A DNA stretch of 64,000 nt from an uncultured Bdellovibrio sp. (GTDB lineage: Bacteria; Bdellovibrionota; Bdellovibrionia; Bdellovibrionales; Bdellovibrionaceae): contig CAWVRN010000001.1 of the NCBI GenBank assembly GCA_963932905.1, forward strand, positions 507,391-571,390. Direction: 5' to 3'. Both the position numbers and the translations under genes were made by a program. The notes under the pieces were generated by a model. The model saw only the letters and a list, made by a program, of their open reading frames with translations, was not told the DNA's origin and ran no database searches. Shown one piece after another: positions 1-11,513 of the stretch. Positions within the stretch are counted from its first letter, which is position 1. Every line of letters starts with the position of its first letter.

Positions 1-334
1 AGCTAGAGATGCTGCCGTTTGCATTTTGGATAATTTCGCGAAGTGTGAAAAGTGGAGCATATTGAGCTGACTTTTTCTCTGCTTCGAAAATGATCTGAGT
101 TAACGTTGCGGCTGTGATGTCGTTTTTAGATTTGTTATCAATAACCATCACTTCTTCATTTGTGCGGATCATTTTAGCGATATCATCTAAAGTAACATAA
201 CAACTTTGTTGTGTGTCGTATAACTTACGATTTTGGTATCTTTTGATGATCTTAACTTTTGAGTTTGGTTTAGATAACCCTAAAGTTGATGTAGTGCTCA
301 TTGGAGCCTGGGTAGAATCGTTTTGACTGATCAT
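1..334 (-). CDS. PhaR-like (PHB_acc_N) DNA-binding protein, 3' end outside window
   Basis: Hand translation MISQNDSTQ...VKIIKRYQNRKLYDTQQSCYVTLDDIAKMI; IKRY.NRKLYDT motif; GGGAGG RBS upstream; absent from the ORF track. Confidence 0.8.
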   Translation of the reverse strand, partial: MISQNDSTQAPMSTTSTLGLSKPNSKVKIIKRYQNRKLYDTQQSCYVTLDDIAKMIRTNEEVMVIDNKSKNDITAATLTQIIFEAEKKSAQYAPLFTLREIIQNANGSISS

Positions 335-542
335 TTTGCCTCCCTTGGAAAAACCCCTTCAAATCAAATTGATAGGTAGGTTCGTATGACAAGGCGCAAA
401 CTAGCCGTGCCGCATAGGGCTGTCAAGCAATGTTGAAAAAAAAGTCACATATGCGCCGCAGAAATCTTTAATTAAGACCGGTTTTAAAGGGTTTTAGGTT
501 AGAAAACTCGATCTTTTTTTAAATTATTTTAGTTCTGGGGCT

Positions 543-569
543 TAAGTCTTACAGACGTTCATCCGAAAT
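543..569 (+). promoter_or_regulatory. Putative sigma28 (FliA) promoter
   Basis: TAAG-N15-TCCGAAAT, 34 nt upstream of the 604 start. Confidence 0.45.
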
Positions 570-603
570 AGAGAGTGTCGCCTAACTATTATCGGAGTGT
601 TTA

Positions 604-1029
604 GTGAAAACCAATGAAAATCAACAGCTTACAGGTTGGGATCTGGTAACATTGTTATCTTTGATCGTGTTAACTCTGGTTAGTTACGGCAGTTATTCAA
701 GACATATTTTCAGTTCAGAAAATATTTCATCGGATCAAATCAAAGCCGAGATTTTGGCCTATCAAGCGGCCCAGATTTTTCTGTTAAGAAATGTCGAGAA
801 AAAGACCTCACAGTCCAGAAACATCGCCTCGGAAAGTAGCTCTTCGGTCGTAACGTTGGGTGAAGACGCTAGTGGCAAGCCATATAAATTTCAAGTTGTT
901 CAGGACGGTAGGGATAACTACCGCGTGCTTTTATCCAACGAAACCGAGTCCGCCAATGACGGTTTGAAATCAGACGTCGAGATAAAAATCGACCTGTCAA
1001 AATCCCCGGAAATTGAGCCAGCGACCTAG
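604..1029 (+). CDS. Hypothetical membrane-anchored protein
   Basis: 141 aa, N-terminal hydrophobic helix, GGAG RBS, GTG start. Confidence 0.65.
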   Translation: MKTNENQQLTGWDLVTLLSLIVLTLVSYGSYSRHIFSSENISSDQIKAEILAYQAAQIFLLRNVEKKTSQSRNIASESSSSVVTLGEDASGKPYKFQVVQDGRDNYRVLLSNETESANDGLKSDVEIKIDLSKSPEIEPAT

Positions 1030-1096
1030 GTCCATTTTTTCCCATTTTATTCAAGCAATGTCTCACCAGCGCCGAAGTGTCTCATAGAGGTGCTAC

Positions 1097-2932
1097 ATGT
1101 TTAAGCGAATACTAGAGACAACAATTCTAAGCTTAGCAATTTTGATCTCTAGCTGTGCACATAAGGGAAGTTCATCGGATGGTTCCTACTACAAAGAGTC
1201 TTCTTATCGTGATGGTAATACGGCTCCCAAACAGTTTACACCGCCAGCGTTGTTAACAGAATCAGATAAAATGGATCCATTCTATGTGCGAACTCAAGCG
1301 GATTATCATTACTCATTAGGTGAAGCGTACTCTTTGGAAGGTCAAACTCAGAAGGCGGTTGAGTCATTTCAGACCGTGTTAGTTTACGATGCGAATTCAT
1401 CCAGTGTGAGAACGCGTTTAGCGAAAGAGTATCTGAAACTTGGACAAATCAACAAATCGATCGAGCAAGTTAAATTTGTCATAGAAAAAAACGGTGATAA
1501 CAAAGATGCACGATTATTATTGGCTGGTTTGTACACTACAATTCGTTCCTACCCACAAGCGATTGAACAATACGAATTTGTTTTAAATAAATACCCTGAC
1601 TACTACGAAGCTAATATTTACTTAGCGGCAGTGTATTCGGAAACTCAGCAGTACGAAAAATCAGTGAAATTGTTTGAAAAAGTATTGGTTTTACCAGACT
1701 ACGCAAACAAGCACCTGATTCACTATTACATTGGTAGAATCCGCGAGGAAGAAAATGCAGAGAAGAATTTTAAATTAGCGGAACAAAGCTATAAAAAATC
1801 AATGGAATTGAAACCAGAATTCGTGGACGCCGTGATAGCACTGGGTGCTTTGTATAAAAACCAAAAGCAAGATGCCAAAGCGATGGCTTTATATCAATCA
1901 TTCCAAAAGACTAAAGGGCCTAATGTTAAAATTGCAGAAATATTGTCACAAATGTACATCGAGCAACAAAAATTCGATGAAGCGTTTGAACAATTAGAAG
2001 TGTTAGAAGCGCAAACGGACGATCCGTTGGCAATCAAAGTAAGAATGGCACTTATCCTGATCGAAAAGAAAATGTTCGATCGAGCGATTGGGAAATTGGA
2101 AGAGATTCTAAGAATTGCGCCAGAGTCTGATAAAATTCGTTTCTACTTAGCGGCGGTTTACGAAGAAACTAAGAAAGATGAAATGGCGGTTAACCATTAT
2201 CTGAAAATTCAACCTTCAAGTCCTTTCTATGGCGAATCAATGGTTCACGCTGGCTATTTATTAAAAAATATAGGTCAGCTGGATAAAGCCGTAACCGTAT
2301 TGGCCAAAGCCTACGAAAATAAAAAGGACTATCCACAAATCTATGCGATGTATGCCTCGTTGTTGGATGAAGCTAAGGACTATAAAAAAGCACTTGAAGT
2401 TTTAGGTGTTGGTTTAGAGAAATACCCAGACAATGCTCAATTACATTTTTACTATGGAACTATTTATGATCGTACGGGTGATAAAGAAAAAGTTATCGCA
2501 AATATGCAGAAGGTGATCGAACTAGATCCAAATCATTCGCAAGGTTTGAATTATTTAGCATTCACTTGGGCAGAAATGGATAAAAATATGGACGAAGCGG
2601 AAAAATTAGCTCGCAGGGCGGTTACGCTGGATCCAGAAGATGGTTACATATTAGATACGCTAGGATGGATTCTGTTCAAGCGTGGTAACAAAAAAGAAGC
2701 GTTGAAGTTTCTTGAAGCCGCTAGCAAATTTCAACCAACTGTGGGAATTATTGCGGAACATTTAGGTGATATTTACCGTGATCTTTCAATGGTTGAAAAA
2801 GCTAAATCGATGTATAAAAAGGCATTTGATTTAGAAATCGATAAAAAGAAAGCCAAAGAATTGGAGCAGAAAATTCTAGCGATCGAAAATCAAGCCGTTC
2901 CAGAGCGTACTCCGGCCAGTATAGGGAAATAG
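1097..2932 (+). CDS. TPR-repeat lipoprotein
   Basis: Lipobox ISSC, many TPR repeats, LNYLAFTWAE and ILDTLGWI motifs typical of TPR proteins preceding lolB. Confidence 0.85.
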   Translation: MFKRILETTILSLAILISSCAHKGSSSDGSYYKESSYRDGNTAPKQFTPPALLTESDKMDPFYVRTQADYHYSLGEAYSLEGQTQKAVESFQTVLVYDANSSSVRTRLAKEYLKLGQINKSIEQVKFVIEKNGDNKDARLLLAGLYTTIRSYPQAIEQYEFVLNKYPDYYEANIYLAAVYSETQQYEKSVKLFEKVLVLPDYANKHLIHYYIGRIREEENAEKNFKLAEQSYKKSMELKPEFVDAVIALGALYKNQKQDAKAMALYQSFQKTKGPNVKIAEILSQMYIEQQKFDEAFEQLEVLEAQTDDPLAIKVRMALILIEKKMFDRAIGKLEEILRIAPESDKIRFYLAAVYEETKKDEMAVNHYLKIQPSSPFYGESMVHAGYLLKNIGQLDKAVTVLAKAYENKKDYPQIYAMYASLLDEAKDYKKALEVLGVGLEKYPDNAQLHFYYGTIYDRTGDKEKVIANMQKVIELDPNHSQGLNYLAFTWAEMDKNMDEAEKLARRAVTLDPEDGYILDTLGWILFKRGNKKEALKFLEAASKFQPTVGIIAEHLGDIYRDLSMVEKAKSMYKKAFDLEIDKKKAKELEQKILAIENQAVPERTPASIGK

Positions 2933-3044
2933 TCCCCGCTGCCGTTCAGTTTCAAAAATAACGAAACAATTTGTCTTATATATTAAGGATAGGTTGTTTC
3001 TTTTTTCTTGTTAAGATCGCAGATTGCTGAGTATTCTTTGAGCC

Positions 3045-3680
3045 ATGATGAAATGGTTTTCAATATTGATTCTAGTGTTGCCTCTATTAAATATTAGCTG
3101 TGCAATGAAAATGAAAAAAGACGGTTCTGATTCTTTAGGCGGTGATGAGCTTAAAGGAACGCCGATGAGTTGGGAAACCAAAGCCGCAATTCGGGACATT
3201 CGAAAAAACAAAACCAATCAAGTAACTATCGATATGGTTGCGATTAAAAATCAAAAATTGCGGTTGGAAGCTTCAGCTACATTGGGTTATCAAGTTGGTT
3301 CATTAGTTATGAGTCCAAATGAATTTATCGCGGTGATTTATCCGCATAAGAAAATTTTTAAGGGCCCACTGAATGAACGCAGTTTGGCCAAGACATTTAA
3401 TATTCCAATTCCGCCAACGGCTTTGTATGCTATTGCTTATGACGAGCCCATTCGTGGTTGGAAATGCCAGTTTGATGCGAACAAAGTTGTCAGTTTATGT
3501 GACGGCGGAGTTTCTAAAGTGGAATGGTTGAACAGGAAAGAAGGCTCCAAGCTGATTAAAATTTCGTCGGCGACAATTGAAATAACGTGGTTTTTCAAAG
3601 CGCCAGAGCCTAAAGAGTTAACTCCGGAATTATTTGTGGCTGAATTACCTAACGGTTATCAAGTTCAAGAACTTAAATAG
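3045..3680 (+). CDS. LolB-like outer-membrane lipoprotein
   Basis: Lipobox ISC, beta-rich, position after TPR gene, IPIP motif. Confidence 0.5.
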   Translation: MMKWFSILILVLPLLNISCAMKMKKDGSDSLGGDELKGTPMSWETKAAIRDIRKNKTNQVTIDMVAIKNQKLRLEASATLGYQVGSLVMSPNEFIAVIYPHKKIFKGPLNERSLAKTFNIPIPPTALYAIAYDEPIRGWKCQFDANKVVSLCDGGVSKVEWLNRKEGSKLIKISSATIEITWFFKAPEPKELTPELFVAELPNGYQVQELK

Positions 3681-3684
3681 TTTT

Positions 3685-4032
3685 CTAAGTTCGTTTTCTT
3701 TTCTTAAGAAAATTAAATAGAAATTTCAGAGTGGGCCAAAACACGATTGCCACCAACGCCCAGCCTGCAGTAACTCCAATTGAGGCTCCCGGCGTTCCTC
3801 CTAAATAAGCAATGCCCATCCCAATCACTGGCATTGGGAAAACGAACATAAAAAACAAGCTCAAAGCCGCCAATATTCCACATTGTATGTAGGGAATTGT
3901 CGCGGGGGTTGTTTTACGCCACCATTGAAATGCAAAGATGAGTGGAATCAGCATTCCGATAATCAATGTCGATATAAACTGAGCCGAAAAGACAGCTGCT
4001 GGAGTCCAAGTCATCATTATACTCTCGACCAT
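3685..4032 (-). CDS. Hypothetical membrane protein
   Basis: 115 aa with about 3 hydrophobic segments. Confidence 0.55.
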   Translation of the reverse strand: MVESIMMTWTPAAVFSAQFISTLIIGMLIPLIFAFQWWRKTTPATIPYIQCGILAALSLFFMFVFPMPVIGMGIAYLGGTPGASIGVTAGWALVAIVFWPTLKFLFNFLKKRKRT

Positions 4033-4282
4033 ATCGTTATTAGTTGTAAGCTAAATCGCATATGTTCATTCTAAAAACGATTTCAGTTACATAAGTCAAA
4101 GTTATACAAAAGATAAAAATCTCATTTAGACTCGACCAAGGGTTGGCTAAAATCAAATAATTGTGAAATTTCATTTATCAATTACTAACCTAAATCAAGT
4201 TTGGCATAATCTAAGTATAGAACCACTAGCAGCCATTTATCGAATGGTTGCCTGTTGTTCATTTGAATCCAGGGAGTGATTT

Positions 4283-6358
4283 ATGAGCGACAATATCAAT
4301 TTTAGTTCCATAGTTCAAAATTGGAAAAATACAAGCCAGACATCAAAGATGCATTGGTCAGGGACTCTGGACGAATACCTGAAAATGGTAAAACAAAATC
4401 CGAAAATTACTCGCAACGCCTTTCAACGTATGTACGACATGATCGTCGAATCGGGCAGCGAAAAATATATTGATTTCAAAAAAGAAGTTGTTCGCTATAA
4501 ATTCTTCGACGATGCAGCTAACAACGGTAAAGATGCCGTCTTTGGATTAGATATCATGTTGATGAAACTAGTGAACGTGCTTAAAGCCGCAGCGCTAGGT
4601 TACGGAACGGAAAAGCGCGTCATCCTTCTTCATGGCCCGGTGGGATCTGCAAAATCAACAGTGTGCCGTATGCTGAAAAAAGGTTTAGAGGCCTACTCTA
4701 AAACTGATAAAGGTGCTCTTTACACATTTGAATGGATTGACGAAAAAGAAGAACTAGATGGTTTGCTAGGTAAAGGCGTTCGTGCGTTTCCGAGTCCAAT
4801 GCATGAAGAGCCATTGTTATTGATCCCTGAAGAAATGCGCGCTCAATTGTGTGATGAAATTAATCGCGGACAAGATGGCGAATACCGCATGAAGATTGAA
4901 GGTGAGTTGTCACCGCCATCACGTTTCATTTTCAAAAGTCTAATGGATAGATACCAAGGCGATATCATGAAAGTATTCTCGCACGTTCGCGTACGCAGAA
5001 TGTTCCTTTCAGAAGCGGATCGTATCGGTATAGGTACATTCCAGCCGAAAGATGAAAAGAATCAAGATTCAACTGAATTAACTGGCGATATCAACTACCG
5101 TAAAATTGCTGAATACGGATCTGATTCTGACCCGCGCGCGTTCAACTTTGACGGCGAATTCAATGTGGCGAATCGTGGGATGATCGAATTCGTCGAGGTT
5201 CTAAAACTTGACGTAGCTTTCTTGTATGACCTATTAGGTGCTTCGCAAGAGCATCGCGTGAAGCCTAAGAAGTTTGCTCAGACGTACATTGATGAGGTGA
5301 TCATTGGTCACACGAATGAACCCGAGTATCGCCGTTTGCAAGATAACGAATTCATGGAAGCACTTCGTGATAGAACAGTGAAGATCGATATTCCGTATAT
5401 TACTCGCTGGAAAGAAGAAATTAATATCTATAAAAAAGATTTTAATTCTCAGCGCCTAAGAGGAATTTCGATTGCGCCACATACTATTGAAATGGCCGCA
5501 ATGTGGGCAATTCTAACTCGTTTAGAAAAGCCGAAGAAAGCTAACTTAACTCGTTTGCAGAAATTGAAACTATATAATGGTAAAACCCTTCCTAATTACA
5601 CGGAAGATAACGTTAAAGAATTGCGCAAAGAAACGGTTCGCGAAGGTTTAGAGGGTATTTCACCTCGTTACATTCAAGATAAGTTATCAAACGCAATCGT
5701 AAATGCTCAACAGAACAACAAGGGTTCCGTGAATCCGTTCATGGTGCTGATTGAACTAGAGAATGGTTTAAAAAATCACTCTTTGATTTCAAATGAAGAG
5801 TTGAAGTCGGATTATCGTGAATTAATTGGTGTTGTTAAGCAAGAATACGAAGAAATTATTAAAGGCGAAGTTCAACGTGCGATCAGTGCGGATGAAAGTG
5901 CCCTTCAACGACTATGCGCTAACTACATCGATAACGTAAAAGCGTTCACTCAAAAAGAACGTGTACGCAATCAGTTCACGGGCATGGATGAAGAGGCCGA
6001 CGAGCGTTTAATGAGATCTATCGAAGAAAAAATCGAAATTCCTGAATCTCGCAAAGACGATTTCCGTCGCGAGATCATGAATTACATCGGGGCCCTGTCA
6101 CTTGAAGGCAAGAAGTTCAATTACAAAATGAATGAACGTCTTCATAAAGCTTTAGAACTGAAATTATTTGAAGATCAAAAAGATAGTATCAAGTTAACAA
6201 GCTTAGTGAGCTCGGTCGTTGATAAAGATACACAAGAAAAAATTGAAATTGTTAAATCTCGTCTAATCAAGGATTTTGGTTACGATGAAATCTCGGCGAC
6301 AGATGTGTTACATTACGTAGCAAGTATCTTTGCACGAGGAGACGTAAAGAATAAGTAG
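4283..6358 (+). CDS. prkA: PrkA/YeaG family AAA+ serine protein kinase
   Basis: GPVGSAKS Walker [28 protein letters not shown]. Confidence 0.95.
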   Translation: MSDNINFSSIVQNWKNTSQTSKMHWSGTLDEYLKMVKQNPKITRNAFQRMYDMIVESGSEKYIDFKKEVVRYKFFDDAANNGKDAVFGLDIMLMKLVNVLKAAALGYGTEKRVILLHGPVGSAKSTVCRMLKKGLEAYSKTDKGALYTFEWIDEKEELDGLLGKGVRAFPSPMHEEPLLLIPEEMRAQLCDEINRGQDGEYRMKIEGELSPPSRFIFKSLMDRYQGDIMKVFSHVRVRRMFLSEADRIGIGTFQPKDEKNQDSTELTGDINYRKIAEYGSDSDPRAFNFDGEFNVANRGMIEFVEVLKLDVAFLYDLLGASQEHRVKPKKFAQTYIDEVIIGHTNEPEYRRLQDNEFMEALRDRTVKIDIPYITRWKEEINIYKKDFNSQRLRGISIAPHTIEMAAMWAILTRLEKPKKANLTRLQKLKLYNGKTLPNYTEDNVKELRKETVREGLEGISPRYIQDKLSNAIVNAQQNNKGSVNPFMVLIELENGLKNHSLISNEELKSDYRELIGVVKQEYEEIIKGEVQRAISADESALQRLCANYIDNVKAFTQKERVRNQFTGMDEEADERLMRSIEEKIEIPESRKDDFRREIMNYIGALSLEGKKFNYKMNERLHKALELKLFEDQKDSIKLTSLVSSVVDKDTQEKIEIVKSRLIKDFGYDEISATDVLHYVASIFARGDVKNK

Positions 6359-6363
6359 GAAAC

Positions 6364-7458
6364 ATGTCAATTAAAGAAGATCATTCACGGTTTCGAGATA
6401 TAGTTAAAGGTAAAGTTAAAGAGAACTTTAAGAAATATGTCTCGCAAGGTGAAATGATAGGGAAGCGAGAAGATGAATTCGTAAAGATTCCGCTGCCGTC
6501 TATTGACATTCCTAATTTCCGTTACGGCGCCAAACAACAGGGTGGCGTTGGTCAAGGTGAAGGTCAACAAGGTGAAGACGTCGGCGATCCTGGTCAGGGT
6601 CAGGGCGCTGCCGGCGATAAACCGGGTGAACATTTAGTCGAAGTCGAATTGTCCCTAGATGAATTAGCAGAAATCCTTGGCGAGAAATTGCAATTACCCA
6701 GGATCGAACCCAAGGGTAATAAAAACATCGACACAGTTAAGACTAAATACAACGGTCTTGCGCCAGTCGGACCCGAAGGTCTTCGTCAGTTTAAAAACAC
6801 TTACAAGCAAGCGTTGAAGCGTATGATTTCAAGCGGTTACTACGATCCGAAAGATCCTAAGATCGTTCCGATTCGTCGTGATTTTAGATATAAAACTTTC
6901 AAGAAGATCGTTCAGCCTCAAACTAAAGCCGTTGTCATTTATATGATGGACGTTTCGGGTTCGATGGGTGACGAGCAAAAAGAAATCGTTCGCTTGGAAA
7001 GTTTTTGGATCAACACGTGGCTCAAAAAACATTACAAGGGCCTTGAAACCCGCTTCATTATTCACGATGCGGCCGCCAAGGAAGTGGACGAGAATACTTT
7101 TTTTAGAACCAGTGAATCGGGTGGTACGTTAATTAGCTCGGCTTATAAGTTGGCGCAGCAGATTATCGAGGAAGATTATCCACCAAATGAATGGAACATT
7201 TATCCATTTCATTTCAGTGACGGCGATAACTGGAGTGGTGAAGATACGCGATTGTGCATAAAACTAATCCGTGAATTTTTCATCCCGAACACAAACGTGT
7301 TTTGCTACGGCCAGGTAGAAAGTAAATATGGATCTGGTCAATTTTTAAAAGATTTACAGAAAGAATTTCCGGAAAGTGAACAGGTGCTTCTAAGTCAGAT
7401 CGAAAACAGAGATAAGATTTTAGATTCAATTAAGGACTTTTTAGGAAAAGGAAAATAG
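6364..7458 (+). CDS. yeaH: YeaH/YhbH (DUF444) vWA-like protein
   Basis: [24 protein letters not shown] motifs; follows prkA. Confidence 0.93.
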   Translation: MSIKEDHSRFRDIVKGKVKENFKKYVSQGEMIGKREDEFVKIPLPSIDIPNFRYGAKQQGGVGQGEGQQGEDVGDPGQGQGAAGDKPGEHLVEVELSLDELAEILGEKLQLPRIEPKGNKNIDTVKTKYNGLAPVGPEGLRQFKNTYKQALKRMISSGYYDPKDPKIVPIRRDFRYKTFKKIVQPQTKAVVIYMMDVSGSMGDEQKEIVRLESFWINTWLKKHYKGLETRFIIHDAAAKEVDENTFFRTSESGGTLISSAYKLAQQIIEEDYPPNEWNIYPFHFSDGDNWSGEDTRLCIKLIREFFIPNTNVFCYGQVESKYGSGQFLKDLQKEFPESEQVLLSQIENRDKILDSIKDFLGKGK

Positions 7459-8970
7459 ATGGCTAACTTAACTCCCGAATTAGAAGCAGAAAGAAAGAAA
7501 ATTTGCCAGATCGCTAAAGACGCGGGCCTGGACTGCTTTGAAACTATTTTTGAATTGATCACCTATGATCAAATCAATCAGTTCGCAGCTTTCGGAGGTT
7601 TTCCCGTAAGATATCCACACTGGAAGTTCGGGATGGAGTACGAGCACCTTTCAAAAAGTTACGAATACGGTTTATCTAAAATATACGAAATGGTTATCAA
7701 CACCGATCCCTGTTATGCCTATCTAATGGAAGGCAATATGATGATGGATCAAAAATTGGTGATGGCACACGTTTACGGCCATTGCGATTTTTTTAAAAAC
7801 AATGTTTGGTTTGGGAAAACAAATCGCAAAATGATGGACCAAATGGCGAACCATGCGACGCGCATTCGTCGTTACATAGATCGTTATGGTTTAGATCGCG
7901 TAGAAGAATTTATCGACACATGCTTAAGCTTAGAAAATTTAATCGATCGCTACAGCCCATACCAAGAGAAAAGCACAAAAGTAGAAGCTCCGGTGGAGGA
8001 TGAAGGCCGCAATGTTGAGCCAGGTATGTTGCGCGTAAATCGTCCGTATATGCGCGATTTTATCAATCCACCTGAGTTCGTAAAAGAACAAAAAAAGAAA
8101 CATGAAGAACAAGAACGTATGAAGCGCTCTAAATTTCCGGCTGAGCCAGAGAAAGATGTCCTGACGTTTTTGCTTAATTACGCTCCGCTAGAAGATTGGC
8201 AGCAAGATATTTTAAGTATCATTCGCGATGAAGCTTATTATTTCTCGCCGCAAGGTATGACTAAAACAATGAACGAAGGTTGGGCATCCTACTGGCATTC
8301 TAAATTGATGACGGAAAAAATTCTGCACGATTCAGAAATTATCGACTTTGCAGACCATCACTCGGGCACAATGGCGATGGCGCCGAATGGGTACAATCCC
8401 TACAAGGTGGGTATTGAATTATTCCGCGATATCGAAGATCGCTGGAACAAGGGTCAATTTGGTCGCGAGTGGGATCAATGTGATGACGTGAAAGAACGTA
8501 AACATTGGGATAAAAAGTTAGGCCTGGGTCGTCAAAAAATATTCGAAGTCAGAAAATTTTATAATGACGTAACGTTTATCGATGAATTCCTTACAGAAGA
8601 TTTTTGCGTGCGAAACAAGCTATTCGTGTACAAGTTCAATAAGCGCACAAATAAATTTGAAGTCGACACTCGAGATTTTAAAGCCATTAAAGCAAAACTT
8701 CTGTTCCACATGACTAATTTCGGGCAACCGATTATTAGAATTGAAGACGCGAATTTCGAAAATCGAGGCGAATTACTTTTAACTCACCTACACGAAGGCA
8801 TTGATTTACAACCGGATTTTATGAACGAGACTCTTAAAAACGTTCAAAAAATTTGGAGCCGACCGGTGAATTTGGTCACAGCGATGGAAGGCGAAGGTTT
8901 CCTTTACCGCTATGATGGAAAAGAGCTTCAGACCCATAAAATTCAGCCATTGCCTCAGCAGAAAGCTTAG
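7459..8970 (+). CDS. spoVR: SpoVR/YcgB family protein
   Basis: YPHWKFG, IYEMVIN, HVYGHCDFFKNN, TKTMNEGWASYWH. Confidence 0.95.
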   Translation: MANLTPELEAERKKICQIAKDAGLDCFETIFELITYDQINQFAAFGGFPVRYPHWKFGMEYEHLSKSYEYGLSKIYEMVINTDPCYAYLMEGNMMMDQKLVMAHVYGHCDFFKNNVWFGKTNRKMMDQMANHATRIRRYIDRYGLDRVEEFIDTCLSLENLIDRYSPYQEKSTKVEAPVEDEGRNVEPGMLRVNRPYMRDFINPPEFVKEQKKKHEEQERMKRSKFPAEPEKDVLTFLLNYAPLEDWQQDILSIIRDEAYYFSPQGMTKTMNEGWASYWHSKLMTEKILHDSEIIDFADHHSGTMAMAPNGYNPYKVGIELFRDIEDRWNKGQFGREWDQCDDVKERKHWDKKLGLGRQKIFEVRKFYNDVTFIDEFLTEDFCVRNKLFVYKFNKRTNKFEVDTRDFKAIKAKLLFHMTNFGQPIIRIEDANFENRGELLLTHLHEGIDLQPDFMNETLKNVQKIWSRPVNLVTAMEGEGFLYRYDGKELQTHKIQPLPQQKA

Positions 8971-8987
8971 TCTAGTCTTTGAGGTCT

Positions 8988-9350
8988 ATGTCCAATACGC
9001 GCACAGTCTATTCCACTGACCCTAAAGACAAGGTTAATTGCCCAGAATGTAAAAGAAACTTTACAGACTGCAAGTGCATGAAGCAAGATTTGGTAGATAC
9101 GTCCAAGATCACGGTCGTTCTTCGTTTAGAGAAGAACGGACGAGGTGGAAAAACAGTGACAATCATAGAAAAATTACCAAGAAACGAGACGTATTTGAAG
9201 GAGCTATGCCGGGAAATCAAGGCCAAATGCGCTTCTGGCGGGACTCACAGGCTGACGACGGATCAGGCGGTAATAGAGATACAGGGAGATAAACTGGAGA
9301 TAGTTAAAAAAATTTTGACGCAAAAGTTGATTAAATTTAAGGGCTTTTAA
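8988..9350 (+). CDS. yciH: Translation initiation factor SUI1/YciH
   Basis: VYSTD, GRGGKTVT, CASGGT, IEIQGD. Confidence 0.9.
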   Translation: MSNTRTVYSTDPKDKVNCPECKRNFTDCKCMKQDLVDTSKITVVLRLEKNGRGGKTVTIIEKLPRNETYLKELCREIKAKCASGGTHRLTTDQAVIEIQGDKLEIVKKILTQKLIKFKGF

Positions 9351-9429
9351 TGTAAAGTAAGCCAAAATTATTCCTTGTATAATTAAAGCTTTTGTATTTA
9401 AACACAGAGATAAACCTTAGGTAAACCAA

Positions 9430-10110
9430 ATGACTTTAAAGAAAAAAGTATTGATAGTGGACGATTACGAAGAAAGCTGCGCGCTTTTGAGTGAGATTCT
9501 CGAAGAGAGTTACGAGTGCTTAGCAACTCAAGAGAGTTCAAAAACATTCGAGCTTCTTGAAACGTTCAAGCCAAACTTAGTAATCCTTGATTATAAAATG
9601 CCGGGACTTTTAGGTGTTGATGTATGTGCGCAAATTCGCGCCAAAGAAGACACAAAATATATTCCTGTTGTATTCGTTTCTGGTGCCGCGACAGTGGAAG
9701 AAAAAATTCGCGCGTTTGAAATGGGTGCAGACGATTTCGTTTCTAAGCCATTTCATGTGAAAGAATTATTATTGCGCGTGAAACGTTTAGTAGATCGTGA
9801 AAATGAAGCGGTCAGCGAATTGGCAGCTTCAAATTTGAAAATGAATTTACTTTCACGTCGAGTTTATCTTGATGGTGTTGAAGTTCAATTAACTCCTAAG
9901 CAATTCGATATCTTAAAGCTTCTTGTGGGCGCGAAAAACAATCTGGTATCTCGCGAGAAGTTTCTGGAAGAGATCTGGGGTGATACCGAAGTCACATCTC
10001 GAAACGTAGATAGTCAGATCAATTATCTAAAACGTAAAATTGAAACCTTTAAAGGTAAAATATCAGCGGTACCAAGTCTTGGTTACCGACTGGATGTTCA
10101 AGAGGGCTAA
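9430..10110 (+). CDS. OmpR-family response regulator
   Basis: REC domain (DD, D, KPF) plus winged helix (LTPKQF, SRNVDSQI, GYRL). Confidence 0.92.
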   Translation: MTLKKKVLIVDDYEESCALLSEILEESYECLATQESSKTFELLETFKPNLVILDYKMPGLLGVDVCAQIRAKEDTKYIPVVFVSGAATVEEKIRAFEMGADDFVSKPFHVKELLLRVKRLVDRENEAVSELAASNLKMNLLSRRVYLDGVEVQLTPKQFDILKLLVGAKNNLVSREKFLEEIWGDTEVTSRNVDSQINYLKRKIETFKGKISAVPSLGYRLDVQEG

Positions 10111-10124
10111 TCGGCCATTTGACG

Positions 10125-10142
10125 GAGGGCCTCGGGGCCCTC
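10125..10142. terminator. Hairpin between convergent genes
   Basis: GAGGGCC-TCGG-GGCCCTC. Confidence 0.6.
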
Positions 10143-10166
10143 TTCGTTGTTTCTTATCGAAATACT

Positions 10167-10880
10167 TTATCTATAAGGTCTGGGAAGAAAACTAAATAAG
10201 GCGTTTAGCACGGGGTGAGTCCATCCGACAAAACCTACTATAAATACGAGCGCAATGAAGCCTAAGGGAATTCCGATCAGGATAAAGGCTTTAGCTATGC
10301 CGTGATTTGAGGGCGGTTTGGGCCAGTCGGGTCGTATAAAACCCAGCGTGATTTTGCCGGTAGGGGTGAGTTCCAAATTCCAAAAGAAACCGGCGCAAAC
10401 ATAGATAATGCCCGATAAAATCATATTCCCGTACCAGCGTGGGTTGTAAACACCGTCGCGTAGGATGAGGTAGCCGTCGTAAAACCAACTAAACGAAAAA
10501 AATGAAAATACGATCGCTAAATAGATATTAAGAATAGTCTCTTTGCCTCGTAGTGTACGCAGGATGATCCCGATAGCGAGCGGTCCAACTAAAAATGTGA
10601 AGAGGGACATTCCAAATCCTGAAATAATGTCCCAGCTTTCATCATCCGTCCAATAACCCGCTAATGAAACAAACAAGCCAGATAGGACAAATGTGACAAG
10701 CTTCCATTTTAAAAAAAGAAAATCAAAATACCCGGCCCACTGCTGCTGTAATTTTTTTCGATTGCGTACGTAGAGGGCAATACCCACGATCAACACGCAG
10801 ATCCAATTTATTAGATAGTTTCTCATGGTTGGATGGGTCAGGGGAATCCCGAGTTCTTCAGGTAAGTGTTTAATCAGCAT
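10167..10880 (-). CDS. Hypothetical multi-pass membrane protein
   Basis: 237 aa with several TM segments; overlaps tadA end. Confidence 0.7.
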   Translation of the reverse strand: MLIKHLPEELGIPLTHPTMRNYLINWICVLIVGIALYVRNRKKLQQQWAGYFDFLFLKWKLVTFVLSGLFVSLAGYWTDDESWDIISGFGMSLFTFLVGPLAIGIILRTLRGKETILNIYLAIVFSFFSFSWFYDGYLILRDGVYNPRWYGNMILSGIIYVCAGFFWNLELTPTGKITLGFIRPDWPKPPSNHGIAKAFILIGIPLGFIALVFIVGFVGWTHPVLNALFSFLPRPYR

Positions 10881-11391
10881 CGCTAACTTTCCTTTTATTT
10901 TTATTGCGTACGCGAAGTTCTTTGAAAAATGTTTTTAATAACACCGAGCTTTCATCCTTTAGTAGTCCCGTGCGCCACTTGGGTTGATGGTTGAGTCGCT
11001 TATCATCAAAAACTTGATAGAGGCTGCAGCAGGCACCGGCTTTTGGGTCTTCAGTGGCAATGTATACGTTATGCAGCCGTGCTTGAATGATCGCTCCTGA
11101 ACACATGAGGCAGGGCTCAAGCGTAATGTAAAGGTCACAATCCGTGAGTCTCCACGTTTTTAATTTTAAAGCGGCCTTTTGAATAACGATAAGCTCGGCA
11201 TGCAAGATAGGGTTGTTCTTGGATTCCTTTAAGTTGTAACCACGAGCGACCACTTTATCATCTTTTACGATGATGGCGCCGACAGGCACTTCGCCTTTAA
11301 TTTTGGCTTTATGGGCTTCTTTAAGGGCCAAGCCCATCCAATACGATGGGTCTTTGGCTCCTGAGGGTCGGGTTTTTAGGGTTTTGGGCAT
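10870..11391 (-). CDS. tadA: tRNA adenosine(34) deaminase
   Basis: GEVPVGA, HAE, TLEPCLMC, RLNH motifs. Confidence 0.92.
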   Translation of the reverse strand: MPKTLKTRPSGAKDPSYWMGLALKEAHKAKIKGEVPVGAIIVKDDKVVARGYNLKESKNNPILHAELIVIQKAALKLKTWRLTDCDLYITLEPCLMCSGAIIQARLHNVYIATEDPKAGACCSLYQVFDDKRLNHQPKWRTGLLKDESSVLLKTFFKELRVRNKNKRKVSDAD

Positions 11392-11513
11392 CGGTGCTCC
11401 TAGAAATATTGCATAGCATTAAAATCATATAAGTCAAAGTGTTTGCTAAAGGAAAGGGCTTTTGCTATTCCTCACGGTTTACTTACATGCATTTGAGAGG
11501 ACGGTGATTTTTA

